Shown: positions 19,053 to 28,793 of the stretch, piece by piece
Layout of the letters: each line of letters opens with the position of its first letter
How positions within the stretch are numbered: position 1 is the stretch's first letter
Source of the DNA: an uncultured Ignavibacteria bacterium
Lineage (GTDB): Bacteria > Zixibacteria > MSB-5A5 > RBG-16-43-9
Direction of reading: 5' to 3'
Length of the DNA stretch: 64,000 nt
Assembly (NCBI GenBank): GCA_964570765.1
Contig: CAZMZF010000008.1
Coordinates: forward strand, 27,301-91,300
Notes under the pieces: model-generated
The model's input: the letters and a program-made list of their open reading frames with translations, nothing else
What the model was told of the DNA's origin: nothing
The model's database searches: none
Made by a program: the position numbers and the translations under genes

Positions 19053-20306
19053 ATGTCTGAATTTGAATACTTAAGCAAGGATGAGCTTGAAAATATTGCT
19101 CTGGAAGAGAAGGTCTCCATAGATTTCCTCACTGAGAATATTAAATCTGGCAGAATTGTTATCCTTAAAAATCGCCTGCATAAGAATGTAAAACCGGTGG
19201 GGATTGGAAAGGGGTTAAGGACAAAAATCAATGCTAATTTAGGCACCTCACCCGATTTTGTGGATTTCGATTTAGAATTAAAGAAATTAGAGGTTTCTAT
19301 CAAATACGGGGCAGATACAGTTATGGACCTCTCCACCGGAGGGAATATCAGGGATTTGAGGATTGAGATTTTGAAGAAATCTACAATTCCAATCGGGACT
19401 GTGCCGATCTATGAGGCTGTTTGCAATTTAGCCAAGCAAGGCAAAAACTTGGAGGAGATGAAAAAGGAGGAGCTTTTTTCAGTTATAGAGGACCATTTAG
19501 AAACCGGAGTTGATTTCATCACTGTGCATTGCGGGTTGACTAAAAGAGCTCTGCAGACCATAGAGAGAAAAAAAAGGCTAACCGGGATTGTGAGCCGGGG
19601 AGGCTCTTTTTTAGCTCGGTGGATGAAAGTAAATCAAAAGGAAAACCCCCTGTATGAATATTATGATGAGCTTTTAGACCTGGCAAAATCTTATAATGCC
19701 ACCTTAAGCTTAGGGGATGGCTTAAGACCTGGTTCAATTGCAGATTCCACTGACCGGGTGCAGATGGATGAGCTTTTAGTCTTGGGAGAACTGGTTCAGA
19801 GAGCAAGAGAAAAGGGGGTTTTCGCAATGGTCGAAGGACCAGGCCATATCCCCATTCAGGAGATAGAGGCAAATGTCCTTCTGGAGAAAAAATTGTGTGA
19901 GGAGGCTCCCTTTTATGTATTAGGACCTCTGGTTATAGATTGTGCCCCTGGGTATGACCATATTGTCTCTGCCATAGGTGGAGCCATTGCTGGTGCCTAT
20001 GGTGCTGATTTTCTCTGTTATGTGACTCCAGCAGAACATCTTACTTTACCGAGTTTAGAGGATGTAAGAGAAGGGATTATCGCCTCCAGGATCGCTGCCC
20101 ATGCGGCTGATATTGCTAAGGGGATCAAAGGAGCCAGAAATATAGATGAGGAGATCTCAAAAGCTCGCAAATCCTTTGAATGGGAAAAGATGATAGCCTT
20201 AAGTTTGGACCCTGAAAAAACAAAGGAGAAAAGAGGAAAAATCCCAGCCGATTACCGTAAGTGCGGGATGTGTGGTGATTTCTGCGCGATGAGAGAGACT
20301 CTATAA
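19053..20306 (+). CDS. thiC: Phosphomethylpyrimidine synthase ThiC (short form)
   Basis: KINANLGTS, MDLSTGG, VSRGGS, SLGDGLRPG, EGPGH, GYDHI, LCYVTPAEHL, CGMCGDFC. Confidence 0.88.
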   Translation: MSEFEYLSKDELENIALEEKVSIDFLTENIKSGRIVILKNRLHKNVKPVGIGKGLRTKINANLGTSPDFVDFDLELKKLEVSIKYGADTVMDLSTGGNIRDLRIEILKKSTIPIGTVPIYEAVCNLAKQGKNLEEMKKEELFSVIEDHLETGVDFITVHCGLTKRALQTIERKKRLTGIVSRGGSFLARWMKVNQKENPLYEYYDELLDLAKSYNATLSLGDGLRPGSIADSTDRVQMDELLVLGELVQRAREKGVFAMVEGPGHIPIQEIEANVLLEKKLCEEAPFYVLGPLVIDCAPGYDHIVSAIGGAIAGAYGADFLCYVTPAEHLTLPSLEDVREGIIASRIAAHAADIAKGIKGARNIDEEISKARKSFEWEKMIALSLDPEKTKEKRGKIPADYRKCGMCGDFCAMRETL

Positions 20307-20315
20307 ATATAAATT

Positions 20316-20416
20316 GCAGGGACAGAATCCACCTCAGGCGGATTCTGTCCCTGCTAAACCTCACCCTTAATCCCTCTCCTTTCCTACGGATCCACTTTAC
20401 GGAAAAAAGGAGAGGG
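20316..20416. repeat. Two hairpin repeats, each carrying a micro-insert
   Basis: gcagggacagaatccacctcaggcggattctgtccctgc; cctcaccctt..cctctcctt-[cctacggatccactttacgg]-..aaggagaggg (empty form at 8943-8975). Confidence 0.7.
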
Positions 20417-20434
20417 AAGGATGGAGAAAATACA

Positions 20435-21934
20435 TTGAAAAGAAAAAATATTATCCCCCGGATATATTCTGAAAAGGTTTTCTATTTTATAACTTTTCTT
20501 CTCTTTGTCAGCGTAATTATTTTTATATCTTCCTGTTCAAATCAAAAAAACCTTTCCCTGCGTTATAAGATTGAGAAGAATTTCTATGAGTCAGAGAAAA
20601 TTAGGAAAGTTTTGTCTATAAATCTAAAAGCTGCTGCTCCGGCTGATTTTAAAAAGGTTATTCAATCCTATCAAGAAGTAGTGGATTTAGCTTCTACTCA
20701 GTCTGGAGCCCCTTTAGAAAAGGACATCTCCGATATTGCCGCATCGGCTGAACTGCGCATAGCCGAGCTTTATATTCTGCAAAAAGATTTCGACTCGGCT
20801 CAGAGATCTTTGGAAAATGTTATGAGTAAATATCCCGAAAGCAAAAATCAAGGTAAAAATGCTCTATTAGGTTTAGCCCGGATCTACGAGAAAAGAAATG
20901 AAAAGGAAAAAGCCGTTCATACTTATCATCAGCTTTTAGATAATTACCCGGCGGTAATGAAAAAGAACCTTCCGGACCCGGATATCTTTTCTGTGCCCAA
21001 CCATCTGATCCAGCTTTTTTCTCCAAGAGAAGAAAAAGCCAGAAGGGAGAGTGAATTTGAGTATGCCCAAAAATATTTTCAAAACCTGATCCACACTTAT
21101 CCTAATACTCAAGTCTCTTTTGCGGCTACCTTAAGTTTAGCCCGGGCATATCAATTTCAGAACCTCTGGAAAGAGTCGATTGTGACTTTAGAAACTGCAA
21201 AAGATTCAACCGGACAAACCCCCGGCTCGGTCCTCTTGCAGGTTGGAAATATATATTTTGACTATCTGAAAGATGAAAAGAATTCCCTGTTGACTTTCTA
21301 TCGGGTGATCGATTCATCCCCTGATTCCTCCTCTAAGGCTGAGGCTCAGATGAAAATCGGGATGATATATTTACAAAAGAAAGATTATCCTAAGGCTAAG
21401 CAGGAGCTTTCCAGGGTAAAAAAACTCTATCCTAAAGAGGGTCGACTGATTGCCACCTCTCAATACCTGATTGCCCAGATCTATGAGAAAACCGCAGAGT
21501 GGGAGAGGGCTTTAAATGAGTATAACTGGCTGATGGTCAACTATCCTTTAACTCCGGAGGGATTGGAATCTCCCTTAAATATAGTGGCTTATTACCTAAA
21601 AGAAAATAAAACTTTAGCCATAGAATCTTTTGAAAAAGGGATTAAACATTATGATCAGCTCCTGAATAAATATAAGGATAAACCTTTTGCAATTTTGATA
21701 GAGAGCCAGAAAGCCAAGCTTTATACTTTACAAAAAGAATGGGATAAAGCAGTATCTATTTTATTGAAGATAGCAGAAAAAAATCCAGGGACGGAGGCCG
21801 GACTGAATTCCCTTCTCAATCTTCTGAGAATCTATCAGCAGGAGTTAAAGGATGAAAGGAAATCAAAAGAGATTCTTTCCCGGATTGAGACGGAGTATCC
21901 AGGAATAATTCCTGATACTCTTTTTAGAAAATAA
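20435..21934 (+). CDS. Tetratricopeptide-repeat membrane protein or lipoprotein
   Basis: N-terminal hydrophobic segment ending ISSC; many TPR-like helices (A..LA..Y..YP). Confidence 0.75.
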   Translation: MKRKNIIPRIYSEKVFYFITFLLFVSVIIFISSCSNQKNLSLRYKIEKNFYESEKIRKVLSINLKAAAPADFKKVIQSYQEVVDLASTQSGAPLEKDISDIAASAELRIAELYILQKDFDSAQRSLENVMSKYPESKNQGKNALLGLARIYEKRNEKEKAVHTYHQLLDNYPAVMKKNLPDPDIFSVPNHLIQLFSPREEKARRESEFEYAQKYFQNLIHTYPNTQVSFAATLSLARAYQFQNLWKESIVTLETAKDSTGQTPGSVLLQVGNIYFDYLKDEKNSLLTFYRVIDSSPDSSSKAEAQMKIGMIYLQKKDYPKAKQELSRVKKLYPKEGRLIATSQYLIAQIYEKTAEWERALNEYNWLMVNYPLTPEGLESPLNIVAYYLKENKTLAIESFEKGIKHYDQLLNKYKDKPFAILIESQKAKLYTLQKEWDKAVSILLKIAEKNPGTEAGLNSLLNLLRIYQQELKDERKSKEILSRIETEYPGIIPDTLFRK

Positions 21935-22182
21935 GCGATTTGAATAAAACGAATTAAAAAGAGGATTGAGTTTGCAAGGTCCATTAGAGGGCCAAAATGT
22001 TCCAGGCGGAAGTGTTATTAAAGTTAATATAAAGAAGAGCTTTAGGATGCAAGGAATTACCTGCCTAAAGATTATATGATTTCTGACGAAAATTATATAG
22101 GATAACTCAAATAGGCTAATGGAAAAAAATTAAGTAACTCGAAACAAGGAGGTGTGCTCAAGAGAGGTCAATTCATTTAAAA

Positions 22183-22284
22183 TAAAATCTTCGCAAAAAA
22201 GCGAACGATTTAGAAGGGGAAGACCAGCTTTTGAGGGGCAGGGAAGCCCCGCAGAATTATCAGAATTATTTTTGCGAGCTTCTA
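22183..22284. mobile_element. Possible ~100-bp MITE
   Basis: Imperfect terminal inverted repeats taaaatcttcgcaaaaa / tttttgcgagcttcta with TA at both ends. Confidence 0.35.
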
Positions 22285-22340
22285 AAGGCTGGAATGATAA
22301 TTGAACTTAAGCTCAAATCTTAATGCTAAGGAGGGAAGGG

Positions 22341-22901
22341 ATGAAAAAAACGTATTTAATCCTTAATCTTGCGATTCTGCTACTCCTCACGTCTTTTTCC
22401 ATCGTCTGGTCAGACAAGGCAAATGACCCATTTGGTAAACTGGATATGTTGAGTGTGGTAGTTGACCAGAAACCCGGCAGCGATAAGGTCGTGGCTAAGG
22501 TGAACCTGGTGAATGATGAGAACCTCACCGCTATCGTTGTGCCTTTAAAATATGGCACCGGTAAAAGCCCCATCAGTCTGGATTCAGTCAGTTTTACTAA
22601 TACCCCGGTGGATAAATTTGCCTTAAAGAACCCTAATATCGATGCGAAAACTCAGAAGGTGCTTATCGCTTTAATCAGCACAATTTCTGCTGCGGATTTT
22701 TATCTGTCCAAGGGGAATAATGAGATCGCCCGGCTTTATTTTACCCTAAAAAAGGGATCAGGTGAGGGAAGCGTAACTCTGGATACTACTTTATTCCCCC
22801 CATCTAATGTCCTGCAGTTAGTGAAGGCTCAAGATAAAGTCCCTCAGTCGATTTATCCGGGATTTGATAATACCAAGGGGAAGATTTCATTTCTGAAGTA
22901 G
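22341..22901 (+). CDS. Secreted stand-alone cohesin-like domain protein
   Basis: Start at MKKTYL after AAGGAGG; signal peptide; strand pattern KPG..VNLVN..AIVVPLKY..LDSVSF..NID...VLIAL..GNNEIARLYFTL..GKISF matches the cohesin beta-sandwich by eye. Confidence 0.65.
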   Translation: MKKTYLILNLAILLLLTSFSIVWSDKANDPFGKLDMLSVVVDQKPGSDKVVAKVNLVNDENLTAIVVPLKYGTGKSPISLDSVSFTNTPVDKFALKNPNIDAKTQKVLIALISTISAADFYLSKGNNEIARLYFTLKKGSGEGSVTLDTTLFPPSNVLQLVKAQDKVPQSIYPGFDNTKGKISFLK

Positions 22902-23092
22902 GTCGAAGTCTTAATTTTTCAAAATCAAAAGGAATAATAGGGACAATTCACAAATTGCCCCTATTATTTTGCTATTCTTTTTTAAGGTTAAGATTAAAAA
23001 AGTATCCGGATCAACCCGGACTATAAGAATGTTAAAACAAAGGGGCACGTTATTACGTGCCCCTGTAGAATTCAAGCTATAAATTGCTCTTT

Positions 23093-25870
23093 TCAGCAAA
23101 CTGGTGGTTGCGGTCCACCTTTAAAAAGATAATTGATTAAATAGATTACATCGCTAACAGTAACTTTACCGTCACAATTAGCATCTCCTGCCTGCATTGG
23201 TTGTGGCTCAGGTCCTCCCTTAAACAAGTAATTAATTAAGTAAATCACATCAGTAACAGTTATCTTATTATCTGCATTCGCATCGCCATGTTTGAAAAGT
23301 GTGATTGCGTTTGCTGTATCAAAATCATCGCTGTATTGATACAACTCTCCTTCTTCGCTATATGACCAGGCTTGATAATAGTATTGAGTTAAAGGTGCCA
23401 ACCCGGTATCTTTGCAATTTGAACTGGTATCGTTATATATTACTGTCCCTTCTCCTCTTATCCAGACCAGAGTATCATTTCTTTCGATGATCGTTTTATC
23501 AGCCGAGGTATCTTTATTCCAGAGAAGCTTTATAGAACTGGAAGTGATTGAATCTGGAGAAAGATCAGTTGGTGGGAGTGGTTTGGTCAAGAATTTAAGT
23601 TCTGCTCCACTGCCCCAGCCTACGATATTAAGTCCTTTAGCGGTGTAATAATAAAGGGTTCCTTCTGCCAGACTGGTGAGGTCTTTGCTGAATTCTGAAC
23701 CATTGGTAAATACTCCTAAGGATTCACTGTTAGAATATGGTTCACCAGCGTCTGTGTCCCAGAAAAGCCAGCAAGTTGTTTCATATCCAAAATCATTATC
23801 CAGACGGCCATGGAGGGTTGCATTAGTCTCTTCTATATCTGTTGCCTCTTGAGTGGTAAGGACCGGACTGGCAACGGTTGCCTGACCTTCGGAGGGAAGA
23901 TAATTTTGCTTGGTTACAGTTACATACATTGTTCCCTGGTTGGTTGGTGAGGGGCTGAAGACTATATTACCCAAGGAATTTGTATATCCGGTTAGATAAA
24001 CCTCATTTCCTTTCCATAAACAGACATAAGCTTGATACACGGCGGTATGTGTAGTAGAATCCTCAACATGAACCTGGAAGGAGGAAGAACCAACTGGAAG
24101 CACGGAAGAGAAGGTAACTGTAAAACTATCCGGCTCATCTGTCCAGATTGGCATCTCCGGCTCTCCCAGAAGGTTGAAAACCCATTCACATTGTTTCTCT
24201 ATAGCACCATAGGTGTAAAAATTATGCTTACTATCTACTAAAGTTTGACCGAGGTTATATTTATTGCGTGTAAAAAGTCCCGCCCACCACTGCATATCCA
24301 GTATACTGGAGAGACTGATGGGTTCACCTGGAGAGTACCAACCACTGCGGGTGTTACCATTGAAAGCAACTCCAGCTTGATATGGATTGTATTCGACAAA
24401 GGTCTCAGCAATGCAGTCGGTGGCATCCATTCCATTTGGATCACAGCCAGTGGAAACTATGATGGACATTTGATTGTCATTGGTTAGATTATTCACATCC
24501 ATTTGAGTGAGATACCAGCTATGGTGAAAATCGCCTGTGCCCATAACCGTGAAATTGGAGTGGTCTGCATGATTTACCAGGTTCTGTCCAGCATTAAGAG
24601 CACTGATGACTGCGGTTTTGTGGTTGGTGGCATCACTATCGTACACCTTGGTAATGTTGAACCTTGCAGGAATATAGGAAGCGATAGATTCCTTCAATTC
24701 CTCTTCTGGCGTGCTTGCATCCAGATCCATTCCGACGAGAAGGACATCTAAAGGGTAACTTGTTCGAGGAGGATCTTTTTCGTATTTTAGAACCTTGTTG
24801 ACGAAGGTCGTAACCGAATTCGAGCTTCCTGCGGGGATTCTGCCTACAAAGACCTCATGCGTCCAGTCATCGTCATAGTCAGAGTAATATTGGTCACTGG
24901 GTGCACTTTCCTCATCATAGATTCTGAATTCAAAGGGGACAGAACCATCTTCGCCTCCCAAAAGGTAATAAATTGCTCCCCAGGTTGAATGGGCATCGAT
25001 AATGAAGTTGCGTATCTTTTCCTGGTTGGTTGCTCCACTGTAATTGGCATAGATATCAGCGGTACAAACCACTGTATCTTTTACCCCCTTTTTGGTGTGC
25101 CACTCAACTAAGGGCTGAAAAGCTGAAGCATACAAAGAATGGGTGATGATCACATGCTGATAGGAACCAGGGGGAAGGGCAGTTATTTTGCCTAATTTCA
25201 TCCCGGTATTTAACTGAACCTCCTCAGGGTTTACCACTATCTCTTTGACCATCTCTTCATAGACTTCCCTATCTTTCTCAGAGATATTAGGTGAGAGGTA
25301 ATCACCACATTCGTATCTAGGAGTGCCTTCCAGAACAACAGAGATTGAAGTGTAAAGTTCTAACCTTTTTTCTCCAGGGACATACTGTAGAGGATAAAGC
25401 CTGAAATAGGCTATACTTTGACCGGCTAAATCGCTCTGGTGAATGAACTCCACCAATTTTGAAGGATAGGGCTGGGTTGATCTATATGTCTCCACGTCTG
25501 GTTCCACAAACTTAATTTCATCCTCTGAAAGGCTTGTTCTTGCTGGTGGTTGAGCAGGAAAGATATTATATTCACCAAAGATTTCCTCACTTTTAGTATC
25601 CGAAGCATAAACATTTGTTACCTTCATCCCGGTTGGAACAGCTATCTGGATTTCTCTGGATGGCAACATTGGTTTGGCAACATCAGTTAGATAGGTACCC
25701 TCTTTAAACCTTATTCTATCATACCCCTTCAGTTTATCAAATGAAAAGTTTTCTTTTGAGAATTCAGCCTTATACTGGACCTTGTAGCTGTTCTCAGATA
25801 AAAGCGGTTTTGCGAAAAATAAAATCAATACCGAAACCATCAAAGCTAAAATTAACTTTGATTTAATCAT
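23093..25870 (-). CDS. C25 (gingipain-like) cysteine peptidase: propeptide, catalytic, Ig and FN3 domains, C-terminal dockerin
   Basis: Start MIKSK after AGGAGG; IIDAHSTWGAIYYLLGG, SDQYYSD, VGRIP, NHADHS and TGC catalytic segments, LLGEPEMPIW; tandem GDANxDxKxTVxDVIYLINYLFKGGP. Confidence 0.88.
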   Translation of the reverse strand: MIKSKLILALMVSVLILFFAKPLLSENSYKVQYKAEFSKENFSFDKLKGYDRIRFKEGTYLTDVAKPMLPSREIQIAVPTGMKVTNVYASDTKSEEIFGEYNIFPAQPPARTSLSEDEIKFVEPDVETYRSTQPYPSKLVEFIHQSDLAGQSIAYFRLYPLQYVPGEKRLELYTSISVVLEGTPRYECGDYLSPNISEKDREVYEEMVKEIVVNPEEVQLNTGMKLGKITALPPGSYQHVIITHSLYASAFQPLVEWHTKKGVKDTVVCTADIYANYSGATNQEKIRNFIIDAHSTWGAIYYLLGGEDGSVPFEFRIYDEESAPSDQYYSDYDDDWTHEVFVGRIPAGSSNSVTTFVNKVLKYEKDPPRTSYPLDVLLVGMDLDASTPEEELKESIASYIPARFNITKVYDSDATNHKTAVISALNAGQNLVNHADHSNFTVMGTGDFHHSWYLTQMDVNNLTNDNQMSIIVSTGCDPNGMDATDCIAETFVEYNPYQAGVAFNGNTRSGWYSPGEPISLSSILDMQWWAGLFTRNKYNLGQTLVDSKHNFYTYGAIEKQCEWVFNLLGEPEMPIWTDEPDSFTVTFSSVLPVGSSSFQVHVEDSTTHTAVYQAYVCLWKGNEVYLTGYTNSLGNIVFSPSPTNQGTMYVTVTKQNYLPSEGQATVASPVLTTQEATDIEETNATLHGRLDNDFGYETTCWLFWDTDAGEPYSNSESLGVFTNGSEFSKDLTSLAEGTLYYYTAKGLNIVGWGSGAELKFLTKPLPPTDLSPDSITSSSIKLLWNKDTSADKTIIERNDTLVWIRGEGTVIYNDTSSNCKDTGLAPLTQYYYQAWSYSEEGELYQYSDDFDTANAITLFKHGDANADNKITVTDVIYLINYLFKGGPEPQPMQAGDANCDGKVTVSDVIYLINYLFKGGPQPPVC

Positions 25871-26212
25871 CTTCCTCCTCCGATCTTTTAATTGATGTTC
25901 TGAAACAAATAACAAACTAAACCAACTATAATTTACTAAAATTTCTCGATTTGTCAAGCAAATTTTATATAGTTTCTCTTTATAAAATCGAACAATAGAC
26001 TAAAATACTTGAGTATATAAGTTCTCAGGGATTATGGTTTACCCTAACCCCTTGAAAATCAAGAGAATCCATTCGGAGCTCTAGTTAGTCAGGGTTACTC
26101 CTGAATCACTCTTTATGAAACTTTTCAAGGGTCTCCTACAAAATCCTTGACGGTTTAAAAGGATAAATATATACTGTTCTTAAATCTGTTTTTAGTATTG
26201 AGTATAAATTTT

Positions 26213-27418
26213 ATGGATAAGGAAAATAAAGAGGTTAAAAGTAAAAACGAGAACTTTTTTTTCGGAATAAAAAAGAATATCTTCTTCTTAGGCTTGGTAA
26301 GTTTCCTCACTGATGTCTCCTCAGATATGGTTTATCCTTTAATTCCAGTTTTTCTAACCGAAGTGCTCCATTCTAGCAAGGTATTTGTGGGATTAATCGA
26401 AGGAGTGGCAGAGAGCACTGCCAGTCTATTTAAGATTTTCTCCGGATGGTTTTCAGATAAGATCGGAAAAAGAAAACCGATAGTTATCCTGGGATATTCA
26501 CTTTCCTCAATTAGCAAGCCACTTTTAGCTTTAGTTACTTCTGGCTGGCAGGTTCTTTTCATAAGGTTTGGAGACAGGGTAGGAAAAGGGGTGCGAACCT
26601 CACCCCGGGATGCTCTAATCGCTGAATCTTCAGCCGAAAACAGAAGAGGAGCCTCTTTTGGGCTTCATCGGGCTATGGATTCTGCCGGGGCTATTATTGG
26701 TCCACTTTTAGCTTTCCTTTTATTGCCACTTTTGAATAAAAATTACAGGCATCTTTTTTTATTAGCCTCAATTCCAGCTTTTTTCTCAGTTTTGGTTTTG
26801 TTTCTGTGGGTGAAAGAGATAAAAATCAGAAAAAAAGAAAGTGTTATTTCGGAAAGAAAGAAGGGTATTAGTTTTGATAGTAAATTTAAAATTTTCATTC
26901 TTGTAGTAGCGATTTTTACCCTGGGTAATTCCAGCGATGCTTTTTTGTTTTTAAGAGCTAAAAGCTTAGGGGTGAATTTAATCTTTATCCCTTTGCTCTG
27001 GGGTTTTTTCAATTTAGTGTATACTTTATATTCTATTCCAGCCGGGATTTTATCAGATAGAATTGGTAGAAGAAAAATTATCCTTATAGGGTTTTCAGTT
27101 TATGGACTATCTTATTTAGGATTTGCCTTTGCTAAAAACTCTTTGCATATCTGGGCACTTTTTGCTTTATACGGTATATATTATGGAGTTTCAGATGGAG
27201 CCCTGCGGGCTTTTGTAGCTGATTTAGTTAAGGAGGAGGATAAAAGAGGAACTGCTTATGGGTTCTACCATGGGGCAGTGGGATTATGTGCTCTGCCTGC
27301 CAGCCTGATTATGGGTTTCCTCTGGCAGGGTTTTGGTGCAGCTGTGGCTTTCTCCTTTGGATCAATTCTGGCAATTATAGCCGGGATAGTTTTTTATTTC
27401 GGATTGGGAAAGAAGTAA
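26213..27418 (+). CDS. MFS transporter
   Basis: SFLTDVSSDM, GWFSDKIGKRK, DRVGKGVRTSPRDALIA, LSDRIGRR; about 12 hydrophobic segments. Confidence 0.92.
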   Translation: MDKENKEVKSKNENFFFGIKKNIFFLGLVSFLTDVSSDMVYPLIPVFLTEVLHSSKVFVGLIEGVAESTASLFKIFSGWFSDKIGKRKPIVILGYSLSSISKPLLALVTSGWQVLFIRFGDRVGKGVRTSPRDALIAESSAENRRGASFGLHRAMDSAGAIIGPLLAFLLLPLLNKNYRHLFLLASIPAFFSVLVLFLWVKEIKIRKKESVISERKKGISFDSKFKIFILVVAIFTLGNSSDAFLFLRAKSLGVNLIFIPLLWGFFNLVYTLYSIPAGILSDRIGRRKIILIGFSVYGLSYLGFAFAKNSLHIWALFALYGIYYGVSDGALRAFVADLVKEEDKRGTAYGFYHGAVGLCALPASLIMGFLWQGFGAAVAFSFGSILAIIAGIVFYFGLGKK

Positions 27419-27470
27419 TGAATGGGTGGGGTTTGTCCCCGCCCGTGGGCGATTACAACAGGAGGTAGGT

Positions 27471-28793
27471 TTGCGTTATCACAATTTAAAAATGGCGATT
27501 TATATTTTAACTATATTGACGGTCCAGTCTGCATTTTGTCAAACTCCCCAGATAGATATAGCTTCATGTGATGTGACAGTAACCCTGGATTTACCCGATA
27601 GTCGGTTACTGGTCAGGGCTGGATTAACGCTTCACGGGGCTGATACCGTTAATGTAATCGATTTGATACTGAGTTCAGATGCAGAAATAAAGTCGGTGAA
27701 ATCTAAAACAAAAGGTGGCTGGATTGATCTTTCTTATAAATTCACGGGTAAAGATACTTTAAGCTTAACCATACCGCCTGCATTGAGATTGAATCGTGAT
27801 TTAAAAATAGATTTTGAGTACCATTTTCCGTCTGGTGGATTAAAAGATAGCCTGATGATTTTTGACCGGGGGAATCGCTGGTATCCTCTAATACTGGATG
27901 ATATTTTCGGGTTTAAGCTCAAGGTGGAAGTGCCGCCTGGTTATATTGTTTTTTCTGCGGGAGATTTGATTGAAAAGAAAACCTCAGCCGAGTATTCTCA
28001 ATTTACTTTTAAGAGCAAAATCCCGGTATTCAAACTGCCTCTGGTCATCGCAAAAACAGGGGTGTATAATAAGACTTTTAGAAAATGTAGCGGTAAAGAG
28101 ATTTATTTTTATTCTACTTCAGTTGATAAAGAGGTAAAGGAAAAAATCATTTCCGAAGCCTGCGCTGCTTTAAAGTTCTATAATGAATATATCGGAGAAT
28201 ACCCGCATAATCGCCTGACCCTGGTTGAGATCCCTGAAATGGAAGGAACGAATATAGCAAGCGGTTTTTTAATGATCGGCTCGACGTTCATCGAAACATT
28301 CAAGCAAGGCTATTACGATAATCTTCATTTATCCATCGCGGCTCAATGGACTGCTGCCGGGGTATTTTTTAAACTTTTTGGAAAAGGGTTCTGGTTTTTC
28401 CAGTTATCCTTGCCCCATTATTTAAGGCTTATCTATCTTGAGCGAACAAAAGGAGAGGATGCTTTTATCACTGGATTAAATCAGGGACTGGATACATATA
28501 AAGAATTTGCTAACACAGATAAGGATATGCCGATAATCGAGGTCGACTTCCTGAATACAAAGGAAAAGGGTGCGATCATTTATGGAAAAGGTCCTTATAT
28601 CCTGGACAAAGTGCGGAATGAAATAGGGGATGAAAACTGGAATAAACTGATCAGGGATATTTATAAAGATTTCAAAGGGAAAATTTTATACTATGAGGAT
28701 TTTATAAAATATCTTTCCAAATACGATAGGGACGGGAAATGTGTATCAAAATTTGAGAAAATGTTATCTGAAACAGGTCTGAATGGGGATTAA
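27471..28793 (+). CDS. Secreted M1-aminopeptidase-like protein lacking the HEXXH zinc motif
   Basis: TTG start after AGGAGG. M1 architecture (WYP, GEYP...LTLVE, IYGKGPYIL) but LSIAAQW where HExAHQW is expected. Confidence 0.7.
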   Translation: MRYHNLKMAIYILTILTVQSAFCQTPQIDIASCDVTVTLDLPDSRLLVRAGLTLHGADTVNVIDLILSSDAEIKSVKSKTKGGWIDLSYKFTGKDTLSLTIPPALRLNRDLKIDFEYHFPSGGLKDSLMIFDRGNRWYPLILDDIFGFKLKVEVPPGYIVFSAGDLIEKKTSAEYSQFTFKSKIPVFKLPLVIAKTGVYNKTFRKCSGKEIYFYSTSVDKEVKEKIISEACAALKFYNEYIGEYPHNRLTLVEIPEMEGTNIASGFLMIGSTFIETFKQGYYDNLHLSIAAQWTAAGVFFKLFGKGFWFFQLSLPHYLRLIYLERTKGEDAFITGLNQGLDTYKEFANTDKDMPIIEVDFLNTKEKGAIIYGKGPYILDKVRNEIGDENWNKLIRDIYKDFKGKILYYEDFIKYLSKYDRDGKCVSKFEKMLSETGLNGD

